This document shows positions 18,167 through 27,875 of a stretch of 51,457 bases of DNA, in pieces (position 1 is the stretch's first letter; each line of letters starts with the position of its first letter). The DNA comes from Nitrospirae bacterium MYbin3 (GTDB lineage Bacteria; Nitrospirota; Thermodesulfovibrionia; Thermodesulfovibrionales; Dissulfurispiraceae). The stretch covers positions 1 to 51,457 of the forward strand of contig PEAD01000022.1 in assembly GCA_002753335.1 (NCBI GenBank), read 5' to 3'. The position numbers and the translations under genes are program-made. Below the pieces are notes generated by a model. That model searched no databases and was not told where the DNA came from. It saw only the letters and a program-made list of their open reading frames with translations.

Positions 18167-20632
18167 ATGAATATCGGGAAAAAGCTCACTCTGAATGCGG
18201 GTGTGGCGTTGCTGCTTTTGATCACTATAGGGGCGGTGGCGGTGCTAGGCATTATCTATATAGATAATAGAGTTGCTGAATTAACACAGAAGTCAACGCC
18301 ATACCAGATAGCTGTTTTCAACCATCAGGGCGCTATGCAGGCCCATTCGTCAAATCTTCTTAAGGCAGCATCTTCCGAGTCTATAGATGAATTTAAAAAG
18401 AATGCGGCCGAGGTTAGCGAGTCTGAAAAAGAACAAATAAAGACCTCTCAGGAAATTATAAAATTAGGCGGTAAGAAAAATGAAGGTGAGGCACAGATTG
18501 CAGAGATAACCAAAAGCCTGCTTGAAATTACCGAAAAAAGGATTGCGCTTCAGAAATCTATGGCGCTATCCGTAGATTCGATGAGAAAGAAGCTGGGCGA
18601 AGCCTCAAAGAAGCTGAAGATGCTTGACGATAGTGTTCAAGGCCTTCAGCGGGGTGCAACCAAGAGCATGCTTTCGAGCATAGATAAATCGGGAAACACT
18701 ACCGTAAACGCGAATAATCTTATAGTGGTAAGAGAGGGTTTCAAAGATCTCACGCTTTATGCCACAAAATTTCCGTCTTTAAACGACCGCAGGACCATAG
18801 TTGACAACAAAGAGGTATTCGAGGCTATTGCTGCGAAGGTTTTGCAGGCGGTAAAAAACATAAGCTGGGAAGAGAAGGCGAGCGGCGAGGAGCTTTATCA
18901 GAGGGTTAAGGATATGTCCGCTAAAATGACAGGCGCCTTCAACCTTAAGCTGAAGTATCTGAAAGAAGAGGATGAAGCGCTCAAGACAAAGGCCGAGAGG
19001 CTGGCCAAAGACACGGAATATGAGCTTACTTACCTGATGCCGGCTGTTCTGCAGGAGTTCCAGAAGGCCAATGCGCAACAGAAGCTGAGCGTAAAGAACA
19101 TGTCCAAGAGTGTAGGTTCTTTTACCGGAACAAACGAAATTTTGCTTGCTTCCTCAACTCTTATGACGCTTACCTCTTCAATAGAATCGAACATAAGCTA
19201 CAGTTTTTCACTCAAAAGCCTGAACGAATTTGAAAGGGTTGTCGGGACTATCCAGAAGATGTTTGAAGAAGCCATGAAAACGCATAAGAAGCTGCACGAA
19301 CTCACCGCTAACTATTCGGATGCGAACAAATTGTGTGCGTCATCTTCCGAAACCATTATGTCGGTTCAGAGAGAGTTTCTAGGCAAGGGCGGGACTGCCG
19401 AAAATATCAGATCTTCTCTTAAGACAGTAGAGTTGGTTTCTGGGCTTAACCAAAAGATGAAGGACATTATAGCTCATGAAATTAAGGAGACCACAAAAGA
19501 TATAGCCGAGGCAAAGAAGAAACAGGAAGTTTCTGTGGGAGGAGTAAGGTCGGCCGTCGGGATTACCATTAAGCTTATTATAGGTGTGGCCTTAATTGCT
19601 CTGGTATGCTCTATTTTGTTCAGCCGGTGGATAGGGCTTTCGGTTGTAACCCCAATTGCAGAACTCAGCAGCCTTGCAGAGGGTTTCCGCCTTGGTAATT
19701 TCAATATGAAACTTGATGAAAAGAGAAAGGACGAATTCGGGCGGCTTGCAGGTCATTTCAATATTGCGGTGGACAAGATAGATGAAATAATCAAAAATCT
19801 TGCGGAGGGTATAGATAGGATGTCCAATAGCGCTGCAGGGCTTGCAGAAACTTCGGCAGAGCTTTACCGTGTATCACAGGAGCAGACGGATCAGACAGAG
19901 CAGTCGGTGACCGCAACAACAGAGATAGAGCAGACCGTAAGTGGTGTTGCCAGGAACGCTGATGACGCATCCAACGCATCCAAGGAGGCATTGGATAAGG
20001 CGGCAAGCGGCAAGGATATAGTTATCAAGACGGTCAGGAAGATGGAGATAATAGCCGATTCTGTTCGGGATGCTGCCTCTAATATAACGAAGCTGAGTGA
20101 AAGCTCCAATAAGATAGGCTTGATAGTAAAGACTATTAATGAGATTGCGGATCAGACTAATCTATTGGCTTTGAATGCGGCTATAGAAGCAGCAAGGGCA
20201 GGAGAGCAGGGCAGGGGGTTTGCGGTTGTTGCTGATGAGGTGAGAAAACTTGCTGAGCGCACGAGCGAATCAACAAAAGAGATAGGCGCGATTATAAAAG
20301 AGATACATGAGGACACGAAACGCTCGGTCATCGCGATGGAGAGCAGTAAGGGTGATGTTGAAGAAGGAGTGAGGTTTGCGACTGACGCTAGCCATTCACT
20401 TGAAGAAATTGTGAGCGCTTCGACGCGTGGTGTTGAAATGGCGAATATGATAGCCTCGGCTACGGGCCAGCAGGCATCGGCAGCCGAGCATGTTTCGCTC
20501 AGCATGGAAAACATAAGGACTATAACCAGAAAGCTTGAGTCTTCGACAGAGACGATAGCAAAAGAATCCAAGGATCTGTCTTCGCTTGCGGCTTTTCTTA
20601 AAGAGACATCCGCATGGTTTAAGATTAAATGA
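18167..20632 (+). CDS. Methyl-accepting chemotaxis protein
   Basis: Two TM helices, HAMP ([13 protein letters not shown]), signalling hairpin [40 protein letters not shown]. Confidence 0.96.
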   Translation: MNIGKKLTLNAGVALLLLITIGAVAVLGIIYIDNRVAELTQKSTPYQIAVFNHQGAMQAHSSNLLKAASSESIDEFKKNAAEVSESEKEQIKTSQEIIKLGGKKNEGEAQIAEITKSLLEITEKRIALQKSMALSVDSMRKKLGEASKKLKMLDDSVQGLQRGATKSMLSSIDKSGNTTVNANNLIVVREGFKDLTLYATKFPSLNDRRTIVDNKEVFEAIAAKVLQAVKNISWEEKASGEELYQRVKDMSAKMTGAFNLKLKYLKEEDEALKTKAERLAKDTEYELTYLMPAVLQEFQKANAQQKLSVKNMSKSVGSFTGTNEILLASSTLMTLTSSIESNISYSFSLKSLNEFERVVGTIQKMFEEAMKTHKKLHELTANYSDANKLCASSSETIMSVQREFLGKGGTAENIRSSLKTVELVSGLNQKMKDIIAHEIKETTKDIAEAKKKQEVSVGGVRSAVGITIKLIIGVALIALVCSILFSRWIGLSVVTPIAELSSLAEGFRLGNFNMKLDEKRKDEFGRLAGHFNIAVDKIDEIIKNLAEGIDRMSNSAAGLAETSAELYRVSQEQTDQTEQSVTATTEIEQTVSGVARNADDASNASKEALDKAASGKDIVIKTVRKMEIIADSVRDAASNITKLSESSNKIGLIVKTINEIADQTNLLALNAAIEAARAGEQGRGFAVVADEVRKLAERTSESTKEIGAIIKEIHEDTKRSVIAMESSKGDVEEGVRFATDASHSLEEIVSASTRGVEMANMIASATGQQASAAEHVSLSMENIRTITRKLESSTETIAKESKDLSSLAAFLKETSAWFKIK

Positions 20633-20662
20633 GGGGCAAAGTCTTTATCTTTGCCCCTCATT
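20628..20662 (+). terminator. Probable intrinsic terminator after the MCP gene
   Basis: Perfect 14-bp inverted repeat AATGAGGGGCAAAG / CTTTGCCCCTCATT. The U-tract is weak. Confidence 0.65.
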
Positions 20663-20944
20663 AATAATAAGCATATAACTCGCTTTTTCCTATCGGCAAA
20701 ACTTTCCTCTGTTGTTTTCTTAAAACAATCTGTTTTTTAAGTGTTTTTGTTCTATTTTAAACTAGCACGATTTTTGCATTAAAAGTATGGGTTTTTTGCA
20801 TATACAAAATACGAGCAAGTAGAAAAATGCATAAAAATACTGTGATTTCAAAGAGTTTATTGTATGCAACTTGTAATAAAAATAATATCAGTTAGATTTT
20901 TGAGACTTTATAAGACAAAATTTTGACAGGAGTTTATATCTGAA

Positions 20945-21628
20945 TTGATGGAAAAAATGAATATTTCGCAGGGGACACTCTCAGAAAGAGTAAGAGAGAT
21001 AATCACAAAGAACAGGCGTGAGCTTTCTGAAGTCGAAGGGAATATTCTTAGTCTTGCTGCTAAGGATAAAGATGTTAGAACCATTTTTGTAACAAGCTGC
21101 AATAACTCTGAAGGCAAGACTATTTCGGCAATAAGCCTTGCGTATGCTTTGTATAATGAGACTAATCTTAATGTTCTTCTTGTGGATGGGAATCTTCAGC
21201 GTCCGAAATTGCATGAGCTTTTTAATGTAGAGCAATCTCCCGGGTTATCTGATTTTGTCCTTGAGGGCTCGGTGAATGTTTTCAGGGAGACCGAGTTTGA
21301 GCGGCTGATGGTTATGCCTGCAGGAACAAAGATATCCAACACTCTTGATGTTTTTAGGGCAACGGATTTTGGCGAAAAAATGGCTATGTTGAGGGATAAA
21401 TTTGATTACGTTATTGTTGACAGCAGCTCTATTCTGGGCTCATCCGATACTTCGGTAGCAGCACAAAAATTTGATGGGGTTGTTTTCGTTCTTGAGTGCG
21501 AAAAAACCAAATGGGAGGTGCTCCAGATGGCTGTGGATAAGGTCGTCAAGCTTAGGGGGCATGTGCTCGGAGTGGTGATGAACAAGAGAAAATATTATAT
21601 ACCGAGATTCCTTTATGGGAAAATATAA
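20945..21628 (+). CDS. CpsD/CapB-family bacterial tyrosine kinase (stand-alone)
   Basis: FVTSCNNSEGKT, VLLVDGNLQRP, PGLSD, FDYVIVDS, LGVVMN and a C-terminal Tyr-containing tail (RKYYIPRFLY). Confidence 0.87.
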   Translation: MMEKMNISQGTLSERVREIITKNRRELSEVEGNILSLAAKDKDVRTIFVTSCNNSEGKTISAISLAYALYNETNLNVLLVDGNLQRPKLHELFNVEQSPGLSDFVLEGSVNVFRETEFERLMVMPAGTKISNTLDVFRATDFGEKMAMLRDKFDYVIVDSSSILGSSDTSVAAQKFDGVVFVLECEKTKWEVLQMAVDKVVKLRGHVLGVVMNKRKYYIPRFLYGKI

Positions 21629-22829
21629 AATTTATTTGATAAAAATAAGATTTGTCTTGTCTGTGTTGCTCTTTGCAGCACTTATTCTGCCTGGTTGCGG
21701 GGTTCGTACCGAATCTATAAAAAGGGGCGAAGAGGTGTCTCTTGAGATGACAACCTTTTCGTTTGACCAGAAAAATCATCCTTATGAAAAATTGCCTGAT
21801 TACAAAATATCTCCCGGTGATGTTCTGGATGTTTTATACCAGATACGCACATGGGAAAAGAAAGATCAGTTTGAAATGGGCATAGACTACAACATATCGG
21901 TCAAATTTGTGCATGTGCCGGAGATGAATGTTGATGAAAAAGTCAGGCCTGATGGGACAATATCTCTTCCTTACATAGGCAAGTACATGATTGCTGGCAA
22001 GACGATAGATGCAGTAACAAAGGAATTGAAATCTCGCTACGACAGCATACTGCAGAATTCGGATCTTTTTATTATGGTTCCTGATTACCGCACCGCTATA
22101 AAAGAACTGAAAGCAGACCTTCACACCGCACCGAGGGGCTTGAGCAGGCTTGTTACAGTTAGGCCTGACGGGTATGTAACATTTCCTATGCTGGGTGATA
22201 TATTAGCAGGCGGAAGGACCGTTCCTGAGGTTTCCAAGGAGCTGGACAGCAAATATCCGAAAGTACTTCCTGATCTTCATGTGGATCTGTTTCTTGAAAA
22301 ACATAGCGGGGCAAGGTTTTATGTGTTAGGACAGGTTCAGCGTTCAGGGGTATATGAGATTCCCAAACCGCTCACTGTTGAGCAGGCCTTGTCAATGGCA
22401 GGAAGCTTCACTCCCGGAGCTCAGCTTGACAATATAATCGTTGTAAGAAAGCAGAAAGACAAGATGATCGCTACAAGAGTTAATCTAATGGACACATCGT
22501 TTGGAGTTAACCATTCCAGTGCTGATGAAGGACATGCAAAGCGGTCCGAGCAGGAATACACAAAGCTTTGTCACAACGAAGCCTGCGGCAAAGCTTCTGC
22601 GGATACTAAAGGTGTCAATACATCAAAGACGGGTTCTGAATACAGCCACAGATTCTTTTTCCTTATGCCTGACGATATTGTTTATGTTCCGAAGAGGCCG
22701 CTATGGAGAGCAGCCGAGATTATGCGCGAGATTAGTGATGTTTTGTTATTTAAAGGTTGGAATATTGGTCTGACTTGGGAGTTGCATAATGAGCCTCAAA
22801 CAAAAGATTCGAGGGTGTTCAAAGATTGA
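21615..22829 (+). CDS. Polysaccharide export outer-membrane lipoprotein (Wza/OPX family)
   Basis: Lipobox LPGC, YKISPGDVL, two VRPDG motifs, SLBB domain YVLGQV...DDIVYVP. Confidence 0.9.
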   Translation: MGKYKIYLIKIRFVLSVLLFAALILPGCGVRTESIKRGEEVSLEMTTFSFDQKNHPYEKLPDYKISPGDVLDVLYQIRTWEKKDQFEMGIDYNISVKFVHVPEMNVDEKVRPDGTISLPYIGKYMIAGKTIDAVTKELKSRYDSILQNSDLFIMVPDYRTAIKELKADLHTAPRGLSRLVTVRPDGYVTFPMLGDILAGGRTVPEVSKELDSKYPKVLPDLHVDLFLEKHSGARFYVLGQVQRSGVYEIPKPLTVEQALSMAGSFTPGAQLDNIIVVRKQKDKMIATRVNLMDTSFGVNHSSADEGHAKRSEQEYTKLCHNEACGKASADTKGVNTSKTGSEYSHRFFFLMPDDIVYVPKRPLWRAAEIMREISDVLLFKGWNIGLTWELHNEPQTKDSRVFKD

Positions 22830-22838
22830 GGGGGATGC

Positions 22839-24608
22839 GTGAAAGCGGAAGATTATAAAAAAGAATTGGTGACAACGCTTTTTGCTAAGAAAAAACTGAT
22901 TAGCGAAATCACACTTTTTGTTTTTGTATGCTCCATACTGATTGCATTTTTCTGGCCTCCAACATATGGCTCGTACGGATCTGTTCTTGTCAAGGTGAAG
23001 AAACCTGTCAAAAGCCCTGAAGCTGTTGAAGAGGCTACGATTCGTTACGATTCGATAACTAAGGAAGACCTGAATTCAGAAATGACGATGCTTACATCGC
23101 CTGATGTAATACAGCGGGCGATAAACTACCTTAAAGAACAGGGTAAATATGAGCCGCCGAAACAGCCTGTGCCGGTTATAGACGATATTAAAGAGGCTGT
23201 GAGTCTCATAAAGGACAAGCTGACGATATTATTGTCCGACCGTAAAGAAAAACTAAACAAAGAAGTTTATAAAATGAAAGAAAGCATAAAGACCGAAATG
23301 ATTCCCAACTCAAATGTGATAGAGGTTACGTTTTTTCATGTTGATGAAAAGTTTGCGGTGCGGTTTTTGGACGCTTTGTTTCAGCAATACATAACTTATC
23401 GCATGGAGATTTATTATCCGGAGGAGGCTAAAAAGTTTTTTTCGGATCAAAAGGGGGATTTAAGCGGTGAACTTGAAGGCAAGCGCAAAGACTGGATTAA
23501 TGTTGTAGAAAAACACCGCATAGCAGATCCGCTTAAAGAGATCGAAAATAACCTTCTTGTAAAAAAAGAGCTCGAAACTCAGCTTAATGCCCTAAACAAT
23601 CTCGCGATAGAAAAAAAGCATTACATAGAGTATCTGGATAATGCCCTTGCAAGTAAAGATGTACAGTTCTTTTCGTTTATAGACAAGTTGGCGATAACAA
23701 ACCTCAGCAACTCTCTTCAGCAGATATATTTAGAGTACGGCAAAGTTATTAGGACCTACAAACCTGCAAGTGACAAGGCTAAACCGGTCGAAAAACAGAT
23801 GAATGATGCGCTTGCTCTTCTTCGGGGAGAGGTTCAGTCTTATAGAAACAGTATTGCGAAAGAGTTGGCCGGCATTAATAAGAAGATAGAGTACATCAAA
23901 TCTACAATCAAAGAGATAAATGACAGGAATGTGGAGTTGCAGAAACAGAATATTGATACGCAGAAGATTGCGATAGAGATGAACCTGCTGAAGCATTCTT
24001 ATGAAACTTTTTCTAAGAGGAAAGATGAGGCTGTGCACGGAGAGTTGTCACCCACGAATTCTTATCTTAGCATTCTAAGAAAACCCTTCCCTTCGGATGG
24101 GCCGATATTTCCCAAGAAGAGAATAGTTATCCCCTTGGGTCTTATAATTGGGTTTATACTAGGCTGCAGCTTTGCTTTTATTAGCGAGTATCTTGATCAT
24201 ACATTTAAGAAGATAAGCGATGTGGAAAGGATGATGGGATTGAGTGTTATTTTCTCGATTCCCGATTTTCAGGAGCCGGTCAAAAAGAAGAAGCCGGCGG
24301 CAGCAACTGTTGGTGCCGCAGCTTTAGCTTTTTCGTCCAGTTGTTTATTGTTAGGCTCCTTTATGTACTATGAACCCGATGTAAGCCTCTTAAGAATAGA
24401 AGCAGAAAAGAGCGTGAACATAATTACGGCAGAGGCAAAGAAATATTTTTATTCCAAGAATATTGAGGCCCCCCTAGTTGTTGGCCGAAATGAGCCTGTT
24501 AAGTCTGCGCCAAATGGTCAGACCGAAAATGCTGTGCCTTCATACTCATCATTGATTGGTGCAGGCGGACAGCAGCAGGGCAACGGTATAATCGTGGTAA
24601 GCCAGTAG
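22839..24608 (+). CDS. Polysaccharide chain-length determinant / co-polymerase (GumC/Wzc N-terminal type)
   Basis: Two TM helices flanking a long coiled coil, PSDGPIFPKK, EYLDHTFK..DVE. Extra C-terminal hydrophobic extension. Confidence 0.85.
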   Translation: MKAEDYKKELVTTLFAKKKLISEITLFVFVCSILIAFFWPPTYGSYGSVLVKVKKPVKSPEAVEEATIRYDSITKEDLNSEMTMLTSPDVIQRAINYLKEQGKYEPPKQPVPVIDDIKEAVSLIKDKLTILLSDRKEKLNKEVYKMKESIKTEMIPNSNVIEVTFFHVDEKFAVRFLDALFQQYITYRMEIYYPEEAKKFFSDQKGDLSGELEGKRKDWINVVEKHRIADPLKEIENNLLVKKELETQLNALNNLAIEKKHYIEYLDNALASKDVQFFSFIDKLAITNLSNSLQQIYLEYGKVIRTYKPASDKAKPVEKQMNDALALLRGEVQSYRNSIAKELAGINKKIEYIKSTIKEINDRNVELQKQNIDTQKIAIEMNLLKHSYETFSKRKDEAVHGELSPTNSYLSILRKPFPSDGPIFPKKRIVIPLGLIIGFILGCSFAFISEYLDHTFKKISDVERMMGLSVIFSIPDFQEPVKKKKPAAATVGAAALAFSSSCLLLGSFMYYEPDVSLLRIEAEKSVNIITAEAKKYFYSKNIEAPLVVGRNEPVKSAPNGQTENAVPSYSSLIGAGGQQQGNGIIVVSQ

Positions 24609-24624
24609 TATAGTTTAACCATTG

Positions 24625-24654
24625 CAAAAAAACGCAAAAAAACTCAAAAAAAGC
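24625..24654. repeat. Three A7 tracts at 10-bp period
   Basis: caaaaaaacg-caaaaaaact-caaaaaaagc with A-tracts at 24626, 24636 and 24646. Confidence 0.7.
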
Positions 24655-24724
24655 TGAATATTAGCTCTAAACTCCTTTATTCCTAGTTATCTTGCCTTGT
24701 TATTAAACTTATTTTTGCGATATA

Positions 24725-24751
24725 TTAGCACTCAATGGCAGCGAGTGCTAA
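24725..24751 (+). promoter_or_regulatory. CIRCE element (HrcA operator)
   Basis: Perfect TTAGCACTC-N9-GAGTGCTAA upstream of groES. Confidence 0.97.
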
Positions 24752-24814
24752 TAGACTGCTAAAAACTGGCCGGGTTTCTGGCCAAAATCAATAAAACCCC
24801 AAAGGAGGTTAGGT

Positions 24815-25105
24815 ATGAAGATTAGACCACTCAAGGACAGAGTAGTAGTGAAGTACTCTGAAGAGGAACTGGAAAAGACCGCAGGCGGAATCTATGTTCC
24901 TGATGTAGCAAAGGAGAAGCCGCAGAAGGGCACAGTTATAGCCGCAGGTTCGGGCAGGATAACTGATGACGGCAAAAAACAGGCGATGGAAGTTAAGGTC
25001 GGCGATGTTGTTTTATTTGACAAATATTCCGGCTCCAAAATTAAACTCGACAACGTCGAGCATCTCATCTTAAAAGAAGAAGACATACTCGGCATCATCG
25101 AGTAA
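24815..25105 (+). CDS. groES: Co-chaperonin GroES
   Basis: [12 protein letters not shown]...[17 protein letters not shown]...[18 protein letters not shown]. Confidence 0.98.
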   Translation: MKIRPLKDRVVVKYSEEELEKTAGGIYVPDVAKEKPQKGTVIAAGSGRITDDGKKQAMEVKVGDVVLFDKYSGSKIKLDNVEHLILKEEDILGIIE

Positions 25106-25127
25106 TCTATACAAAGGAGGAAGAAAA

Positions 25128-26762
25128 ATGGCCGCAAAACAGATATTGTATAACGAAGCAGCAAGGCAGTCTATGTTCAAAGGCGTATCCGCTCTTACCG
25201 ATGCTGTAAAGGCAACCCTCGGACCAAGGGGCAGAAACGTAATTATCGACAGGAAGTTCGGCGCTCCAAATATAACCAAGGATGGAGTAACCGTTGCAAA
25301 AGAGATAGAGCTCAAAGACCCTTATGAAAATATGGGCGCACAGCTCCTGAGGGAAGTGGCTTCAAAGACTTCCGATATCGCAGGTGACGGAACAACCACA
25401 GCAACTGTGCTCGCATACGCCATCTACAAAGAAGGCATGAAGCATGTTACCGCAGGCGCCAATTCTATAGACCTTAAGAGGGGCATTGACAGGGCTGTTG
25501 AGGTTGTTGTTGAAGAGATTAAGAAAATGTCCAAGACCGTAGCCGACAAGAAGGAGATTGCTCAGGTCGGCACCATATCAGCCAATAACGACCCTTCGAT
25601 CGGCGAGCTTATCGCAGAGGCTATGGATAAAGTGGGCAAAGACGGAGTTATCACTGTTGAAGAGGCAAAGAGCATGGCCACCAACCTGGATGTTGTAGAG
25701 GGCATGCAGTTTGACAGAGGATACGTCTCTCCTTACTTCATCACCGATGCAGACAGAATGGAGTGCATTCTCGACAATCCATTCATCCTTATCCACGACA
25801 AGAAGATATCGAGCATGAAGGACATTCTTCCTGTACTCGAGCAGATAGCTAAGATGGGCAAACCCCTTCTCATAATCTCTGAGGATCTCGAAGGCGAGGC
25901 TCTCGCAACTCTCGTAGTCAACAAGCTGCGCGGAACCTTGCATATCTGCGCTGTCAAGGCTCCTGGCTTTGGAGACAGAAGAAAGGCGATGCTCGAAGAT
26001 ATCGCTATCCTCACCGGCGGTACCGTTATTTCTGAAGATATCGGACTTAAGCTCGAGAATGTAAAGATAAACGATCTCGGCAAGGCAAGAAAGGTTACTG
26101 TTGAGAAAGAAAATACAACAATCGTCGAAGGCGCTGGAGACAACAACAGCATTCAGGGCAGAATCAAGCAGCTTAAGGCCCAGATAGATGAAACCACCTC
26201 GGACTACGACAGGGAAAAGCTTCAGGAAAGGCTCGCAAAGCTTGCCGGCGGAGTAGCTGTAATCCATGTCGGCGCGGCAACAGAGGCCGAGATGAAGGAG
26301 AAGAAGGCAAGAGTTGAAGATGCTCTCCATGCAACAAGAGCGGCTGTTGAAGAAGGTATTGTTCCGGGCGGAGGCGTTGCGCTGCTCAGGTGTATCAAGG
26401 CTATCGACAAGATGAAGTTGGATCACGACCAGCAGCTTGGCGTGTCTATCGTTAAGAAGGCCCTCGAAGAGCCAATTAAGCAGATAATCCAGAATGCCGG
26501 TATAGAGAGCGCCATCATCGTAGAAAAGGTGAAGGGCTCCAAAGACCAGAGCTACGGATATGATGCATATAAGGAAGAGTATGTTGATATGATTCAGGCC
26601 GGAATCATCGACCCGACAAAGGTTACACGTTCTGCTCTGCAGAACGCTTCATCAGTGGCTGGGCTTATGCTCACCACAGAGGTGATGATAACCGAACTGC
26701 CTGAGGAAGATAAGAAGATGCCTCCGATGCCTCACGGCGGCGGCATGGACGGAATGTACTAA
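25128..26762 (+). CDS. groEL: Chaperonin GroEL
   Basis: [35 protein letters not shown] tail. Confidence 0.99.
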   Translation: MAAKQILYNEAARQSMFKGVSALTDAVKATLGPRGRNVIIDRKFGAPNITKDGVTVAKEIELKDPYENMGAQLLREVASKTSDIAGDGTTTATVLAYAIYKEGMKHVTAGANSIDLKRGIDRAVEVVVEEIKKMSKTVADKKEIAQVGTISANNDPSIGELIAEAMDKVGKDGVITVEEAKSMATNLDVVEGMQFDRGYVSPYFITDADRMECILDNPFILIHDKKISSMKDILPVLEQIAKMGKPLLIISEDLEGEALATLVVNKLRGTLHICAVKAPGFGDRRKAMLEDIAILTGGTVISEDIGLKLENVKINDLGKARKVTVEKENTTIVEGAGDNNSIQGRIKQLKAQIDETTSDYDREKLQERLAKLAGGVAVIHVGAATEAEMKEKKARVEDALHATRAAVEEGIVPGGGVALLRCIKAIDKMKLDHDQQLGVSIVKKALEEPIKQIIQNAGIESAIIVEKVKGSKDQSYGYDAYKEEYVDMIQAGIIDPTKVTRSALQNASSVAGLMLTTEVMITELPEEDKKMPPMPHGGGMDGMY

Positions 26763-26788
26763 AAACGGTTCTACCGTTTAAGTCTTTA

Positions 26789-26826
26789 GCGGACGGCAAT
26801 CCAGATGGGTTGCCGTCCGTATTTTT
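26789..26826 (+). terminator. Intrinsic terminator of groESL
   Basis: GCGGACGGCAATCC-agat-GGGTTGCCGTCCGT followed by ATTTTT. Confidence 0.85.
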
Positions 26827-26864
26827 AGGTGTCAAACAAGATGTCCTTTTGGTATTCTAATACT

Positions 26865-27875
26865 ATGCATATCAATCCCAAACTGCTTGCGTTAGGCACA
26901 GGTGCTCTCTTTATTCTTTATGTCCTGATTCAGTTGTTTGTGCCTTCGAACATAGGAAGCACGCAGGTCGAGGTGCAGGTGCCGGAAGGTGCGACTTTTA
27001 AACAGGCTATTAATGTACTCTATGAAAACTCTCTTATCAGGGACAAGAATCTTTTTTTGCTTATCGGCAAGTTCAGCGGACAGGACAGGAGAATACGGGC
27101 CGGCTATTACGCTTTTTGGGGGCATATGAGCCCTATTGATGTTTATAGAAGGCTTTTAAGCGGAAAGATAATAGAGTATGATTTTACGGTAATCGAAGGT
27201 GACAGCCTGCCCGAGATAGGTAAAAAACTTGCTGCGACAAAGATAATGACTTTGGAAAAATTTGAGCGTCTTGCCACAGATAAAAACTTTATGTCTTCGC
27301 TGAAAATAGATGCGCCTAGTCTTGAAGGTTATCTTTATCCGCAGACCTACAAGTTCCCCAAAGGTGCACAGCCCGAATCTGTTGTAAAGCTAATGGTTAA
27401 CAAGCTGCGTGAAGAGTTTGGCGATGACCTTCAAAAGAAGGCTAAAAAAATGGGCTGGACAGAGAACGAGGTATTGACCCTTGCATCAATTATAGAGAGA
27501 GAGGCGGTTACGGAAGGCGAGAGGACGCTTATCTCTGCAGTTTATCACAACAGGATAAAGAAGGGCATGCCTCTTCAGGCGGATCCCACCGCTGTTTACG
27601 GCGTGAAGAGTTACAGAAAAAAGATAACCAGAAACGACCTGAAAAAGAAGACAGAGTATAACACTTATGTCATCAAAGGCCTGCCGCCCGGACCAATAGC
27701 GTCTCCTGGCATAAGATCAATAATAGCTGCGCTTCATCCGGCTGATGTTGGCTATCTGTATTTTGTGGCACAGGGCGATGGCTCGCACTATTTCTCAAAG
27801 ACTATGGCAGAGCATATTTCGGCTACTAAAAAGCTGAGGATGAAACAGGCTGCTGCAAGAAAGGAAGATGGTTAA
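26865..27875 (+). CDS. mltG: Endolytic transglycosylase MltG
   Basis: LEGYLYPQTY, LASIIERE, NRIKKGMPLQADPT, YNTY...GLPPGPIASPG, YLYFVA. Likely start ATG 26865. Confidence 0.95.
   Translation: MHINPKLLALGTGALFILYVLIQLFVPSNIGSTQVEVQVPEGATFKQAINVLYENSLIRDKNLFLLIGKFSGQDRRIRAGYYAFWGHMSPIDVYRRLLSGKIIEYDFTVIEGDSLPEIGKKLAATKIMTLEKFERLATDKNFMSSLKIDAPSLEGYLYPQTYKFPKGAQPESVVKLMVNKLREEFGDDLQKKAKKMGWTENEVLTLASIIEREAVTEGERTLISAVYHNRIKKGMPLQADPTAVYGVKSYRKKITRNDLKKKTEYNTYVIKGLPPGPIASPGIRSIIAALHPADVGYLYFVAQGDGSHYFSKTMAEHISATKKLRMKQAAARKEDG

Noticed and set aside
25578..26426. 282-aa antisense ORF opposite groEL
   Set aside because: Typical shadow ORF caused by the strong codon bias of groEL. No recognisable motifs.
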